DNA of 56,177 nt, taken from assembly GCA_007124745.1 (NCBI GenBank), contig SLEO01000019.1, positions 1-56,177 of the forward strand. The letters are read 5' to 3'. Source of the stretch: Myxococcales bacterium (lineage in GTDB: Bacteria; Myxococcota_A; Polyangia; Polyangiales; SLQV01). Below are positions 46,394 to 55,430 of the stretch, piece after piece. How positions within the stretch are numbered: position 1 is the stretch's first letter; every line of letters starts with the position of its first letter. The notes under the pieces were generated by a model. That model was not told the origin of the DNA and searched no databases. It was given only the letters and a program-made list of their open reading frames with translations. The position numbers and the translations under genes are program-made.

Positions 46394-48742
46394 TTATTTG
46401 ACGAGGCGGAGGGATGGGGTCTGGGCGAAGGCTTTGATGTAGCCGCTCTCTTCGGCGACATAAAGCCAGCCGCGGGGGCGGTCGAGTTTGACGACGTCGG
46501 GGACCAGGTCGCAGGCCAGGGCCGGCGCGACGGAGAGTCCTGTGGTGCGGTTCACTACGTGAAGCTGGGCCGAAGGGATGAAGAGCTGGGTGCCGTCTGC
46601 CACAATTTCTAGCTTGCGCGGCACGTGGTCCGAAAGGGGGTCCGCGAGCCGTCGCTGCCAGAGCAGGTGGCCTGTCTGGGTATCGAGGGCGAGGGCGTGG
46701 CCGTCACCGCTGTTGATGTAGACGCCGCTTTCGTCCGCCAGAAGCGACGTGCCTTCGCTGAGAATGCGGTCGAAGACCTGCCAGCGATTGGCACCGGTTT
46801 CCGGGTCGATGGCCGTCAGCGCCGGACCTCGTGGGCTCACCTCCTGTAGAAGGACGCAGTCTGCGCCCGCCGCCGTCGGCGGCGCCACGGGCCGGCAAGG
46901 GATCTCTCGGGACCAGCGCACCCGGCCGCTGAACACGTCCACGCCGATGCAGCGGCCCCGCCGCCGGTCGTTGCCGCCCGTCAGCACCAGCGTCTCGCCA
47001 CACACAGCGGGTGGCTGGAAGAAGCGAGAACGATGCGTTAGCCGCCAGAGCGGCTCGCCGCTCGCGACATCGACGGCGTGCACGACGCCGTCACCGCCAG
47101 TCACGAAGAGCACCCGTCCAAGCCTGCGCCAGCGCACCGGCCCGGGCGCTTTCGTCGCGTACTTCCAGCGCGGCGCGCCCGTTTGCAGATCAAGGGCTAC
47201 GAGCTCGTGGTGACGCAGAGGGAGAATCGCGAGGTCAGGAAGGCTGCCACCGCCGGCGTAGACCCCGTTGGCGGGAGCGCCAGCGCTCCAAGACACCTTC
47301 GCGCGCGCGAAACTCTCACCATCTGTCAAGCTGAATAGCTCCACGCTGCCTTCGGAGCGCAGCTCGAGCATCACCGGGCCCGCAACAAGGGTAGGGCAGT
47401 GGTTGGTGGGTCTGTCCCAACGTAGTCCGCCCGTCGCCGCGTCTAGCGCGAGGCGCCGGCGGGGCGTGCCAACCACCAGTGTGTCGCCGACGAGATAGGT
47501 GGACGTAGCGTCTAGGCCATCCACCTCATACTCCCAGCGGGGGGCGTAGTGTCGCGTGTCGCTCGTGAGCGGCGCCGCCGCGGGCTCCGAGAGGCAACGG
47601 TCGCGTTCGGCGAGGGCAAAACGGACACGCTCAGCGTCGAACGTTTCGAGGGACGGACTCGTATCGAGCTGTCGCACGCGGCGCCGCAGCTCTCGAATGT
47701 CTTGGCGCAGCCTCCGAACGTGGAGGTTCCGCTGCTGGGCGCGGTCGACTTCGACCAGGCCGCGGAGCAAATCCGATGCGAGGCGCAGCACAGGCAGCGC
47801 GATGTGGGCTAGGGAAAGGCCGCGTGCGAAACGCATCTCGCCTTTGTCGGTATGTGCTTTGAGGGTGACTTCATCGCGTCCGGAGAGCTTGGTTTCAATG
47901 CGTGCGCCCGCGGCGCCTAGCGCGAGATGCTGAAGCGGCAAGCCCTCCTGCCAGGCGTCGAGCACCGCCCGGATGCCCTCAACCCAGGCCATGAGCAGCA
48001 CAAACACCGGACCTTTCTCCAGCCGAATGGGCCGGCCCTGCAGCCATAACGTCAGCTCTCCAGCGAAAAGTAACGCGTGATAGTCGCTCTGACTGGTGGT
48101 GGTCGTCCAGGCGGTAGCGCCTGGGCGCAGTCGGACTTCACAGGACAGGGCGACGGGCGCGGGGGTGGGGTCGTCTTGCCGTGAGGCGTGATACGCAATC
48201 ACTCGGTCCGGTAAATTGCCGAGGGGGTCGGCGGCCATGGGTTCCAGCGCGATGCGGTCGGCGATAGCCAGGAGTCGGGCATCAAGACCGCTTGCTTCCG
48301 CTGGCCCATCGTCCGTTCGCGGTGAGACGCCGGACGCATGCCTTCCTGCTGGGGAGCCCCCAGCGGCAGCGGCCGGGGTATGGGACGCTTGAAGCGCTTT
48401 GGCTGTCGCGTGCACCAGCGCTTGAAGCTCGACGCGCCGATCCAACTGGAAGAGTGCGCCTTCGATTTCGTAGACCGAAACTTCTACAACGTTGCCGCGC
48501 CGACACAGGGCGAACTCGTGACGTGCCCCCGGCGCCTGCAGGAGTACTTTTGGGCGCCGGCCACCGTGCAGGGCACCTAGCCCCATCAGCAGCTCCGAGA
48601 GGGGCGGAAGCGCACAGGTGCTGGCCCCGACCAGTAGCGTCCTTACCGCAGCGAGCGCCTCGGCTTCCTGGGTAGCAGAGGGAGGAACGGTACCGCGAAG
48701 CGGCCCCAAGACTCGAAGATGCGCCGTCATGAATGGTGCCAT
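46394..48742 (-). CDS. cytoplasmic PQQ-like (BamB-type) beta-propeller repeat protein with unassigned ~400-aa N-terminal region
   Basis: The C-terminal half has six G-x-x-(R/L)W repeats (GGLRWDR, GAPRWKY, GEPLWRL, GRVRWSR, GANRWQV, GHLLWQR). There is no signal peptide. I recognised no family for the N-terminal region. Confidence 0.68.
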   Translation of the reverse strand: MAPFMTAHLRVLGPLRGTVPPSATQEAEALAAVRTLLVGASTCALPPLSELLMGLGALHGGRRPKVLLQAPGARHEFALCRRGNVVEVSVYEIEGALFQLDRRVELQALVHATAKALQASHTPAAAAGGSPAGRHASGVSPRTDDGPAEASGLDARLLAIADRIALEPMAADPLGNLPDRVIAYHASRQDDPTPAPVALSCEVRLRPGATAWTTTTSQSDYHALLFAGELTLWLQGRPIRLEKGPVFVLLMAWVEGIRAVLDAWQEGLPLQHLALGAAGARIETKLSGRDEVTLKAHTDKGEMRFARGLSLAHIALPVLRLASDLLRGLVEVDRAQQRNLHVRRLRQDIRELRRRVRQLDTSPSLETFDAERVRFALAERDRCLSEPAAAPLTSDTRHYAPRWEYEVDGLDATSTYLVGDTLVVGTPRRRLALDAATGGLRWDRPTNHCPTLVAGPVMLELRSEGSVELFSLTDGESFARAKVSWSAGAPANGVYAGGGSLPDLAILPLRHHELVALDLQTGAPRWKYATKAPGPVRWRRLGRVLFVTGGDGVVHAVDVASGEPLWRLTHRSRFFQPPAVCGETLVLTGGNDRRRGRCIGVDVFSGRVRWSREIPCRPVAPPTAAGADCVLLQEVSPRGPALTAIDPETGANRWQVFDRILSEGTSLLADESGVYINSGDGHALALDTQTGHLLWQRRLADPLSDHVPRKLEIVADGTQLFIPSAQLHVVNRTTGLSVAPALACDLVPDVVKLDRPRGWLYVAEESGYIKAFAQTPSLRLVK

Positions 48743-48803
48743 CGAGCCTAGAGAACCCCACCTTGCTCTGGCAAACTATCGACCAGCACGGCGACACTCC
48801 TTG

Positions 48804-50153
48804 CTATGCCCGCGATGGCTCGGAGCGGTCCCGCTGCGGCGGCGCGGCCGCAGGCCCCGCCGCACGCGCTGCTGCGAGCACCGCCTCCGCGAGGACCTCC
48901 GCAAGCTTCTGCGACGGGGCGTTGACGCTGCTCGCGGGGCAGCAGGACTGTTTTGACTCGGGAACGACGAGCAGGCGGCAAGCATCGCGTTGCGCAAGCT
49001 CAGTGAAGCCTGCGAGGGCACGCGCTTGCGCGACCACGGGCACGCCCTGCGCCAGCGCATCCAGCAGCTTGATGGGGATGCCCGCGCCGCACTTGCGCGT
49101 GACGATGACGACATCGGCGGAGGCGTAGCCCAAGGCGCGGCGGTGCCTCGTCGACAGACGCCGGTAGAAGACGCGTTTTGGGTGGGCTTGGGCCCAGGCA
49201 GGTGCTGGGGAGTCGGTCATCAACAGGAGAGCCCAGGATTCGGGAAGCAGGGCGAGCACTTCGGAGAGGATCTCGGCGCCCTGGTAGCCATCCAGGTTGC
49301 CAAAGTAAGCCAGCAGAGGCGCGGCGGGTGGCAAGGCCAATGCGCGGCGGGCGGCGCGGCTGTCAATCGAAGGTGTTGCCTGGAGCAAGCTCAGGGTAGA
49401 TGGCCCGGTGATATGCGTTGCCTCGCCACTTCGCGGCTCAACCTTATCGGTGCTGCAGCCCGCCACGGCGCGCTGCTCCGACAGCGGTGGCCATTCCGGC
49501 AGCGGCAGCGCCGGGATGCCAAGTCGTTGTCCCAGCGCGGGAGATACCGCCCAGCTTTCATCCGCAAGGCGTCGTGCCAGTGAGTCGAAGCGTCGGCCTG
49601 CGCGTTCCACTGCGGCCATCAGCGCTCGGCTAACCAGGTGTCCAGGTTGCTGCAGCAGGCGGCCCAGTCGGGTTTCAACTCGAGGATGGTTGGCGCGCTC
49701 GCCGACCCAACCGGGCAGGTAAGTGGGTAGTTCCTCCTCCAAGCACGTGTGGGCTACGTAGGTGAGCGGGCGGTGCGCAGTGAGTGCGCACAGGATGCAC
49801 GCTTCGAGGTGGTGGGCGATGGTCCGCGCCGCGGGCGGCGTGCGCCGGAGGGCCCGCCAGAGCAAGAGGTCATCCTTGAGTTTGCCGAAGGTAGGCCCCG
49901 AGCGGGGCCTTGCCTGCGGCGTGAACTTCGCCGGCCGCTCCAGCACGGCGTCAATCGTACTCGTACCGGCGCCTCTCGCATAGGTGAGCACCTTGATCTG
50001 TTTGCCCGATGCGAACTGAGCTTCCACCACGGCCTGGATGTAAACCTGAGTGCCGAGGCGCGCGGGGAAGGGCATGGCCGCGACATGCCGCTCCGTCGTC
50101 GCCTCGGGTGGGTTGGCGCGCACGCGCCCTTTGGACTCGGCGCGGACGCGCAT
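48804..50153 (-). CDS. GT-B fold glycosyltransferase (GT4-like)
   Basis: It has the C-terminal nucleotide-sugar binding pattern (GNLDGYQG...ADVVIVTRKCGAGIPIKLLDALAQGVPVVA) and an N-terminal GTQVY block. ATG 50075 is an alternative start. Confidence 0.68.
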   Translation of the reverse strand: MRVRAESKGRVRANPPEATTERHVAAMPFPARLGTQVYIQAVVEAQFASGKQIKVLTYARGAGTSTIDAVLERPAKFTPQARPRSGPTFGKLKDDLLLWRALRRTPPAARTIAHHLEACILCALTAHRPLTYVAHTCLEEELPTYLPGWVGERANHPRVETRLGRLLQQPGHLVSRALMAAVERAGRRFDSLARRLADESWAVSPALGQRLGIPALPLPEWPPLSEQRAVAGCSTDKVEPRSGEATHITGPSTLSLLQATPSIDSRAARRALALPPAAPLLAYFGNLDGYQGAEILSEVLALLPESWALLLMTDSPAPAWAQAHPKRVFYRRLSTRHRRALGYASADVVIVTRKCGAGIPIKLLDALAQGVPVVAQARALAGFTELAQRDACRLLVVPESKQSCCPASSVNAPSQKLAEVLAEAVLAAARAAGPAAAPPQRDRSEPSRA

Positions 50154-50156
50154 GGG

Positions 50157-51962
50157 TTAACCGACGTAGCCAAGAGCCCGCAGGCGCGCCTCAATCAGCG
50201 CTTCGTTGTCTTCGAGTGCGGTACGTGGCCCTTCGCCCTGAAGGTCTGTCTCCGCGCTGGCGGGGCTCGCAGTGCCCACGACGTGGCCATTATCACCAGC
50301 GCCCGACGTATTGGAGACCGTGTGGCTAGTGCCCGTTGATAGCGGCGCGTCGTTGTCCACGCCCCAGCTGCGCAGCAGTGCGCGCGCGACATCGAGGATA
50401 GAGGGGTCCGTGGCCGCGTCTCGCCGCGCTTCCGGGCCGCAACTCACGTAGAGGCCGCGCGGCCGGTGACTGCCGGGAAGCGAGCGACCCTTGCGCCCCA
50501 TCCATTCCGAGGGCGCGAGCCGGCGGACGCAGCCTTCAAGGGCGTCAGGCGCCGTCGCGCTAGGCATGAAGCAGACGCTGTAGCCCTGATGCTGCGGACG
50601 ACGCAGCGGTCCGGACACCGCACCTGGCCGCGCTGCGTGTTCCGGGGGCAGAAGGGCGGGCTCAAGGATGAGGTCCGGAGCCTTGTGGAGCTGCGGGCCG
50701 TGGAAGAGTGCCTCCCGAGGCGTGGTGCGCGCAATGAGGCGCGCTCCGGTGTCGCTGTCCCGCAACGCTTCGAGCGCGTTTCGCACCTCCTCAAGGACGG
50801 CGGCTCGCTCGGCTTCCGGCACAATGCCCTCTGGTTCGCGCCCGGCGACGTTGAGGTAGATGCCCGGGAAGTAGTTGAGTTCGTCACTGAAGGCCCGGGT
50901 GTGCTGCCAGTCGATGGCACCGAAGCGCACCTCGGATTCGAGACGTGAAGGCAGCGTGCGGTCGCCGGCTTCGAAAAGCCGCTGGCGCAGGCGAGGTGGC
51001 AGCAGCGAGAGTGCTTGGCTGCGGCCCCGGGCGGCCCAACGTGCCGTTGACGCGTAGGCGCCGGAGGCGCCGGAATCGGACGGTTGCTTGAAGCGCAGCA
51101 GGCCCGCTGCGGCGAGCGCGCGGTTGAGATAAAGCACGCGGTCCGACGAGCCGCCGCTGCCGTGGTCGCTCACGATGGTCAGCGTGGTGCCGGGCCCGGC
51201 TGCGTCGAGGAGTTGCCCAAGGGCTCTGTCTAGCGCCTCGTAAACCCGCCGGAAGGCAAGCGCATCACTCGGTGCCACCACCGGCGGCCGCCGCGGTGAG
51301 CGCGGATCGAAAAGACTCCAGAGGTGGTGGCTCGCGCCGTCGGATTCACCGAAGTAAAGCGCGAACACATCCCAGTGGCGGGAGCCTAGCAACCAGCTGC
51401 CGATGGCGGCGTGGCGGTCAACCTTAGCGCTCAGCGTAGCGCCAAGCTGTTGATACCAGCTGGAGCCTACAGGGCGAAAGGCGTTGCTTTCATCGAAGCC
51501 GTAGCTTCCAAAGCGCGCCTCGATGAGACGATGCAGCGAGGCCGGCTCGCAGTAACGCGCCGACCTGTCGAAGGCCACCGGTGCGTCCCAGCCGCTGATC
51601 ACGACGCCGTGCTCGAGCTTGGGGGGCGGAAAGGTTCCAGGGAAGTTAACGAGGGCGACCCGCTTGCCGAGGGCATCGAGACGTTCCGCCCACAGCGGCG
51701 CTGCGCGCTGCTGGCCCGCCCGGAAGCGAACGCGGTAGCCCGTGCGCTCAGTGAAGTCGAAGACGCCGTGCACGCCCGGGTCCGTCGCTGTCAGAAACGA
51801 CAACCAGTTGGGTAGCGTTGCGTAGGGCGGCAGCGAGCGGAGATGTGACGCTTCGCCGCGTGCCATCGCTGCAAAGGTGTGTGGCAGCACCTCGGGTCCC
51901 AGCGCCTCGATGACACCTAAGTCCGCGCCGTCCCATCCGATGATTAAGTTTCGAGCACTCAT
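50157..51962 (-). CDS. alkaline-phosphatase-superfamily type I phosphodiesterase / nucleotide pyrophosphatase (NPP-like), cytoplasmic
   Basis: Contains IIGWDGAD, the nucleophile/metal block ATLPNWLSFLTATDPGVHGV, and IVSDHGSGG. The C-terminal LRALGYV tail is seen in this family. There is no signal peptide. Confidence 0.8.
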   Translation of the reverse strand: MSARNLIIGWDGADLGVIEALGPEVLPHTFAAMARGEASHLRSLPPYATLPNWLSFLTATDPGVHGVFDFTERTGYRVRFRAGQQRAAPLWAERLDALGKRVALVNFPGTFPPPKLEHGVVISGWDAPVAFDRSARYCEPASLHRLIEARFGSYGFDESNAFRPVGSSWYQQLGATLSAKVDRHAAIGSWLLGSRHWDVFALYFGESDGASHHLWSLFDPRSPRRPPVVAPSDALAFRRVYEALDRALGQLLDAAGPGTTLTIVSDHGSGGSSDRVLYLNRALAAAGLLRFKQPSDSGASGAYASTARWAARGRSQALSLLPPRLRQRLFEAGDRTLPSRLESEVRFGAIDWQHTRAFSDELNYFPGIYLNVAGREPEGIVPEAERAAVLEEVRNALEALRDSDTGARLIARTTPREALFHGPQLHKAPDLILEPALLPPEHAARPGAVSGPLRRPQHQGYSVCFMPSATAPDALEGCVRRLAPSEWMGRKGRSLPGSHRPRGLYVSCGPEARRDAATDPSILDVARALLRSWGVDNDAPLSTGTSHTVSNTSGAGDNGHVVGTASPASAETDLQGEGPRTALEDNEALIEARLRALGYVG

Positions 51963-52233
51963 GTTGACGTGTGGCTTGCCCCGACGCTTGGGACCTTTGG
52001 TCCGAGCGACAAGGCCCTTGGGCCTACACCAAAGCGTCTAGTCCCGCACGTGCCGGGCTGCCGCTGCTGCGCTTGCGTCTCGTAGAGCAGAAAGTGTTGG
52101 AAATTGCCGGGCGACAGGTCGAGCATGTTAGAGACCTACCGGACCATCCATGCGAAACCTCACCGCAAAGCGCCGCGAACCGACGGAGGTGTGCGGCACC
52201 GACCACACGGCGGACCAACCACCTCGCGTAGAC

Positions 52234-52380
52234 CTGGGCGATCCCCTCATTAACTCGAGACGCAGAAAGCCGCGGGGAAATGGGCCTGGAGTAAGTATGG
52301 TGGGGTGGGTGGGTCCGCGCACGGAAGGCCCATTTCCCCGCGGCTTTCGTCCCCCAAGGCTCATTGAGGGGATGGCTCAG
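52234..52380 (+). mobile_element. MITE-like element, family B, copy 2 (147 bp)
   Basis: It has the same orientation and length as 46194-46340, with only scattered substitutions and two compensating 1-bp indels. The termini are CTGGGCGATC and GATGGCTCAG. It is flanked by an exact 9-bp direct repeat CGCGTAGAC (52225-52233 and 52381-52389). Confidence 0.85.
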
Positions 52381-52428
52381 CGCGTAGACACGTCAATGTA
52401 CCGCTCTCGGTGCACCGGCTGGGACCTG

Positions 52429-54069
52429 ATGCCTATACTCATGTCTGCCCCGTGGATCGTTGCTGGCGCACTAGCGTTCGTAGTGGCGCTGGGCTTGACC
52501 GGAACAGCCGCTGCGCAGCCGAGCGTTGCGCCGTACCCGGGGGTCAAGGCGTCGGGGACGGGGTCGGCCCCACAGCTCGGCGCTGCAAAGCGACGCAAGC
52601 AGCCCGTCGTGACGTGGGTCGGCGTGGACACACGCGATGGTGGGACAATGGTCTTCCTCCAATCGACCAAACCCCTAACCATTGAAGCGCCCGTAGAGAG
52701 CACTTCGGATAAGGCGCGCGTCCTCTATCGCTTTAAGATACCGGGCGCGGGGGTGCACCTCGAAAACACGCTGCGCCCCGTCGATGCGCGCTATCTTGGC
52801 GGCAGCATTCGCGAGGTGCAGATTCGGCGCACCCAGGGAGGCCTGGTGCTCGAGGTGCACAGCGATAGCGATATGGCGCCCGGATTTCCTGGCGGGGTGA
52901 GCGACGCCGACGGTAACTGGGTGTACGCGACGCCGCCTAGTATGGACGGTAGCGGCCCCCTGCCGGTTCCCCCGGGAGGTTCGGCAGCCAACGGCACGCG
53001 AGGGATGTCCAGCGCAGGCGGTGGTAGCGCGCCCGAGTCGTACAGCGAAGCGGACCTCTCAGAGCCTGCGGCGACGCTAGATGACGAAGATGTGCGCGCG
53101 TATAGCCCCTACAGCGGCCGCCGGGCTTCCGCGGCAGACGCTGGCGGCATCGCCGGAGAAAGCGGCAACGTGCGGTCCTTGGCCAATCGTAGGGGAAGCA
53201 TCCGCTTCTCCGTCGCACCCGATACGAGACGTTTGCTCGACAGCGTCTTCAGCAGAACCGGACGTCGCCGCGGTTTCGTCATCACGCATATCGATGGCAA
53301 TGATCTGAACGTAGCGGCGCTTGGCGAGTTGTCTTACGCCATCACCGACGATCTTGAGGTCGGCGTGCTTGCGTTGCCCCTAACCCTGGCGCCCAATGTC
53401 GCGTTTGGTGACCTCGAGGCCTACGGGCGCTATCGCCTCGCCGCCTCAGAAAAGTGGGAGCTCTTCGCCCAGCTCGGAACGCGCATCGGTGTCCAGGAGT
53501 TCTGGGGTCTGGCCGGGGGTCTCGAGTCCCGCTTTTTCCTCGGCGATTACATCGCGCTTGATCTCGGTGTTGCGGTGGACCACGCCTTCGAAGCCGGGCG
53601 CAGCACATCGCTCTACGTCCCTGCAGCGGTGCTCGTGTACCCGACGCGCTCCCTCTACGTAGGGCCACACACCAGTATCTTTTACGGCGGGTTTGACAGC
53701 GTGGCTATCCCGCTTGGACTGCTTGCGGGCTACCGCATCGAAACGGGTGGCCCTTGGCATATCGACGTGAATGCAGCGGTGACGTCGCCTTTCTTCTATT
53801 TGCAGGAGGCGCCTGAGTGGTTGGGCTTCAAGGCCGTGCAGGCCAGCGTGGGTCTCGCATTTTCCTACAACGTCGTTGAAGCGGCGCGGCGGCGACGCTA
53901 CGGAACGGGTGGCGAGGTTGAAGGCGAGGCTGCTTACTCCGCTGGCGAGGGCCGTGCTGAAGGGCGTGGCTCCTTTTCCTTCACTTCGACCAACGACAAG
54001 CGTGCCGCGGATATTGAAGGCGACCGACAGCGCCTGAGAGACTCGGAGCAACCGCCTATCCTAGAGTAG
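52429..54069 (+). CDS. hypothetical secreted protein, possible AMIN-like N-domain and beta-rich C-terminal region
   Basis: There is a signal peptide (MPILMSAPWIVAGALAFVVALGLTGTAAAQ) at an internal ATG; the upstream part of the 639-aa ORF is MITE sequence. The segment VVTWVGVDTRDGGTMVFLQ...GLVLEVH resembles AMIN domains. The C-terminal half has alternating hydrophobic strands. Confidence 0.5.
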   Translation: MPILMSAPWIVAGALAFVVALGLTGTAAAQPSVAPYPGVKASGTGSAPQLGAAKRRKQPVVTWVGVDTRDGGTMVFLQSTKPLTIEAPVESTSDKARVLYRFKIPGAGVHLENTLRPVDARYLGGSIREVQIRRTQGGLVLEVHSDSDMAPGFPGGVSDADGNWVYATPPSMDGSGPLPVPPGGSAANGTRGMSSAGGGSAPESYSEADLSEPAATLDDEDVRAYSPYSGRRASAADAGGIAGESGNVRSLANRRGSIRFSVAPDTRRLLDSVFSRTGRRRGFVITHIDGNDLNVAALGELSYAITDDLEVGVLALPLTLAPNVAFGDLEAYGRYRLAASEKWELFAQLGTRIGVQEFWGLAGGLESRFFLGDYIALDLGVAVDHAFEAGRSTSLYVPAAVLVYPTRSLYVGPHTSIFYGGFDSVAIPLGLLAGYRIETGGPWHIDVNAAVTSPFFYLQEAPEWLGFKAVQASVGLAFSYNVVEAARRRRYGTGGEVEGEAAYSAGEGRAEGRGSFSFTSTNDKRAADIEGDRQRLRDSEQPPILE

Positions 54070-54167
54070 CGCTAGAGGGCCACCGGGCGGCCTTCAGGTT
54101 CGCACTTTCGGTTTGCGCGGCGCGCTTGGGCGCGGGTACCCTGAGGACCTGCAATAAGGAAGTATTC

Positions 54168-55118
54168 ATGAGCGATAGTATTGAAAAAGTTCTGATCATC
54201 GGTTCGGGTCCTGCGGGGCTCACGGCAGCGATTTACGCGGGGCGCGCCAATTTGAGCCCGCTATGCATCGAAGGACTTATCGCCGGCGGCATTCCCGGGG
54301 GTCAGCTCATGATCACCACCGAGGTGGAGAACTACCCGGGCTTTCCCGAAGGCATCACCGGTCCCGAGCTGATGAAGCGCTTCCGCGACCAGGCGGAGCG
54401 TTTTGGCACCAAGTTCGTCACGGCTGACGTCGACAAGGTGGATTTCTCCGAGCGGCCCTACCGCGTGTGGGCGGATGACAAAGAGTACAAGGCGCACACC
54501 GTGCTCATCTCCACAGGGGCATCCGCACGGTGGCTTGGGCTCGAGAGCGAGAAGAAGCTCACCAATAAGGGTGTGAGTGCCTGCGCAACCTGTGACGGCT
54601 ACTTCTTCCGCAACCAGGACGTCTGTGTCGTCGGTGGCGGTGATACGGCCATGGAGGAAGCGCTTTATCTTGCGGGGCTCTGTAAGAGCGTGACGGTGAT
54701 TCATCGCCGAGATGAGCTGCGTGCCTCGAAGATCATGCAGGAGCGCGCGCTCAAGCACGAGAAGATCAAGTTCATCTGGAACGCCGAGGTCGTAGAGGTG
54801 CTCGATGTCGACGCGGGCACGGTGAATGCCGTCCGGCTCAAGGACACCCAGACCGGCGAGGAACGCGTCTATCCGACCGAGGGACTCTTTATCGCTATCG
54901 GTCACATCCCGAATACGCAGCTCTTCGAAGGCCTGCTCGATTTCGATGACCTGAAGTACCTCAAGACCAAGCCCGGCACGGTCGAGACCAAGATCCCCGG
55001 CGTCTTTGCTTGCGGTGACGTCCAGGACCACGTCTGGCGCCAGGCGGTCACTGCCGCGGGCACCGGCTGCATGGCGGCGATGGCCGCCGAGCGCTACATC
55101 GCCGAAAACGAAGGCTAA
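54168..55118 (+). CDS. trxB: thioredoxin-disulfide reductase
   Basis: Contains IIGSGPAG, the redox centre CATCDG, GGGDTAMEEA and GHIPNT..FACGD. The start is set at the ATG preceded by AAGGAAG. Confidence 0.93.
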   Translation: MSDSIEKVLIIGSGPAGLTAAIYAGRANLSPLCIEGLIAGGIPGGQLMITTEVENYPGFPEGITGPELMKRFRDQAERFGTKFVTADVDKVDFSERPYRVWADDKEYKAHTVLISTGASARWLGLESEKKLTNKGVSACATCDGYFFRNQDVCVVGGGDTAMEEALYLAGLCKSVTVIHRRDELRASKIMQERALKHEKIKFIWNAEVVEVLDVDAGTVNAVRLKDTQTGEERVYPTEGLFIAIGHIPNTQLFEGLLDFDDLKYLKTKPGTVETKIPGVFACGDVQDHVWRQAVTAAGTGCMAAMAAERYIAENEG

Positions 55119-55204
55119 ACGGCCGTGCCCCGGTGAAATACGCCCCCGAGTGAAACTTTCGTGGCGGAGTGGGTTTGCCTTGGCTTTGTGTGACGCGTGG
55201 GTGG

Positions 55205-55371
55205 CAGTGTCCCGACGGGCCCGGGGGTGCGGCCTCTACGGGGGACCGTGCACGCTGGCGTGCCCTTTGGCGCCCCCCACATTTAGGCCCTCCGCTAGGC
55301 GGAGAACCAAAATGTGGGGTCCCCCCAGGAACCCCCTCCGAGGCCGCACCCCCGGGCCCGTCGGGACACTG
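55205..55371. repeat. 167-bp highly structured palindromic element (family D) with 32-bp perfect inverted arms
   Basis: The arms are CAGTGTCCCGACGGGCCCGGGGGTGCGGCCTC (55205-55236) and its exact reverse complement (55340-55371). The interior holds nested stems GGGGGACC/GGTCCCCC, CCCCACATTT/AAATGTGGGG and CTCCGC/GCGGAG. Confidence 0.9.
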
Positions 55372-55430
55372 GCTCGAAGTTACGGGTTTCTTTCCTGCTG
55401 CGAACGACGCTTCCGTCGCCGCGTGCTGGG

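Noticed and set aside
46194-52380. A composite transposon formed by the two family B copies around the three-gene block.
   Set aside because: Each copy carries its own matching 9-bp flanking duplication. The outer flanks (ATTTGGACC on the left, CGCGTAGAC on the right) do not match each other, which indicates two independent insertions.
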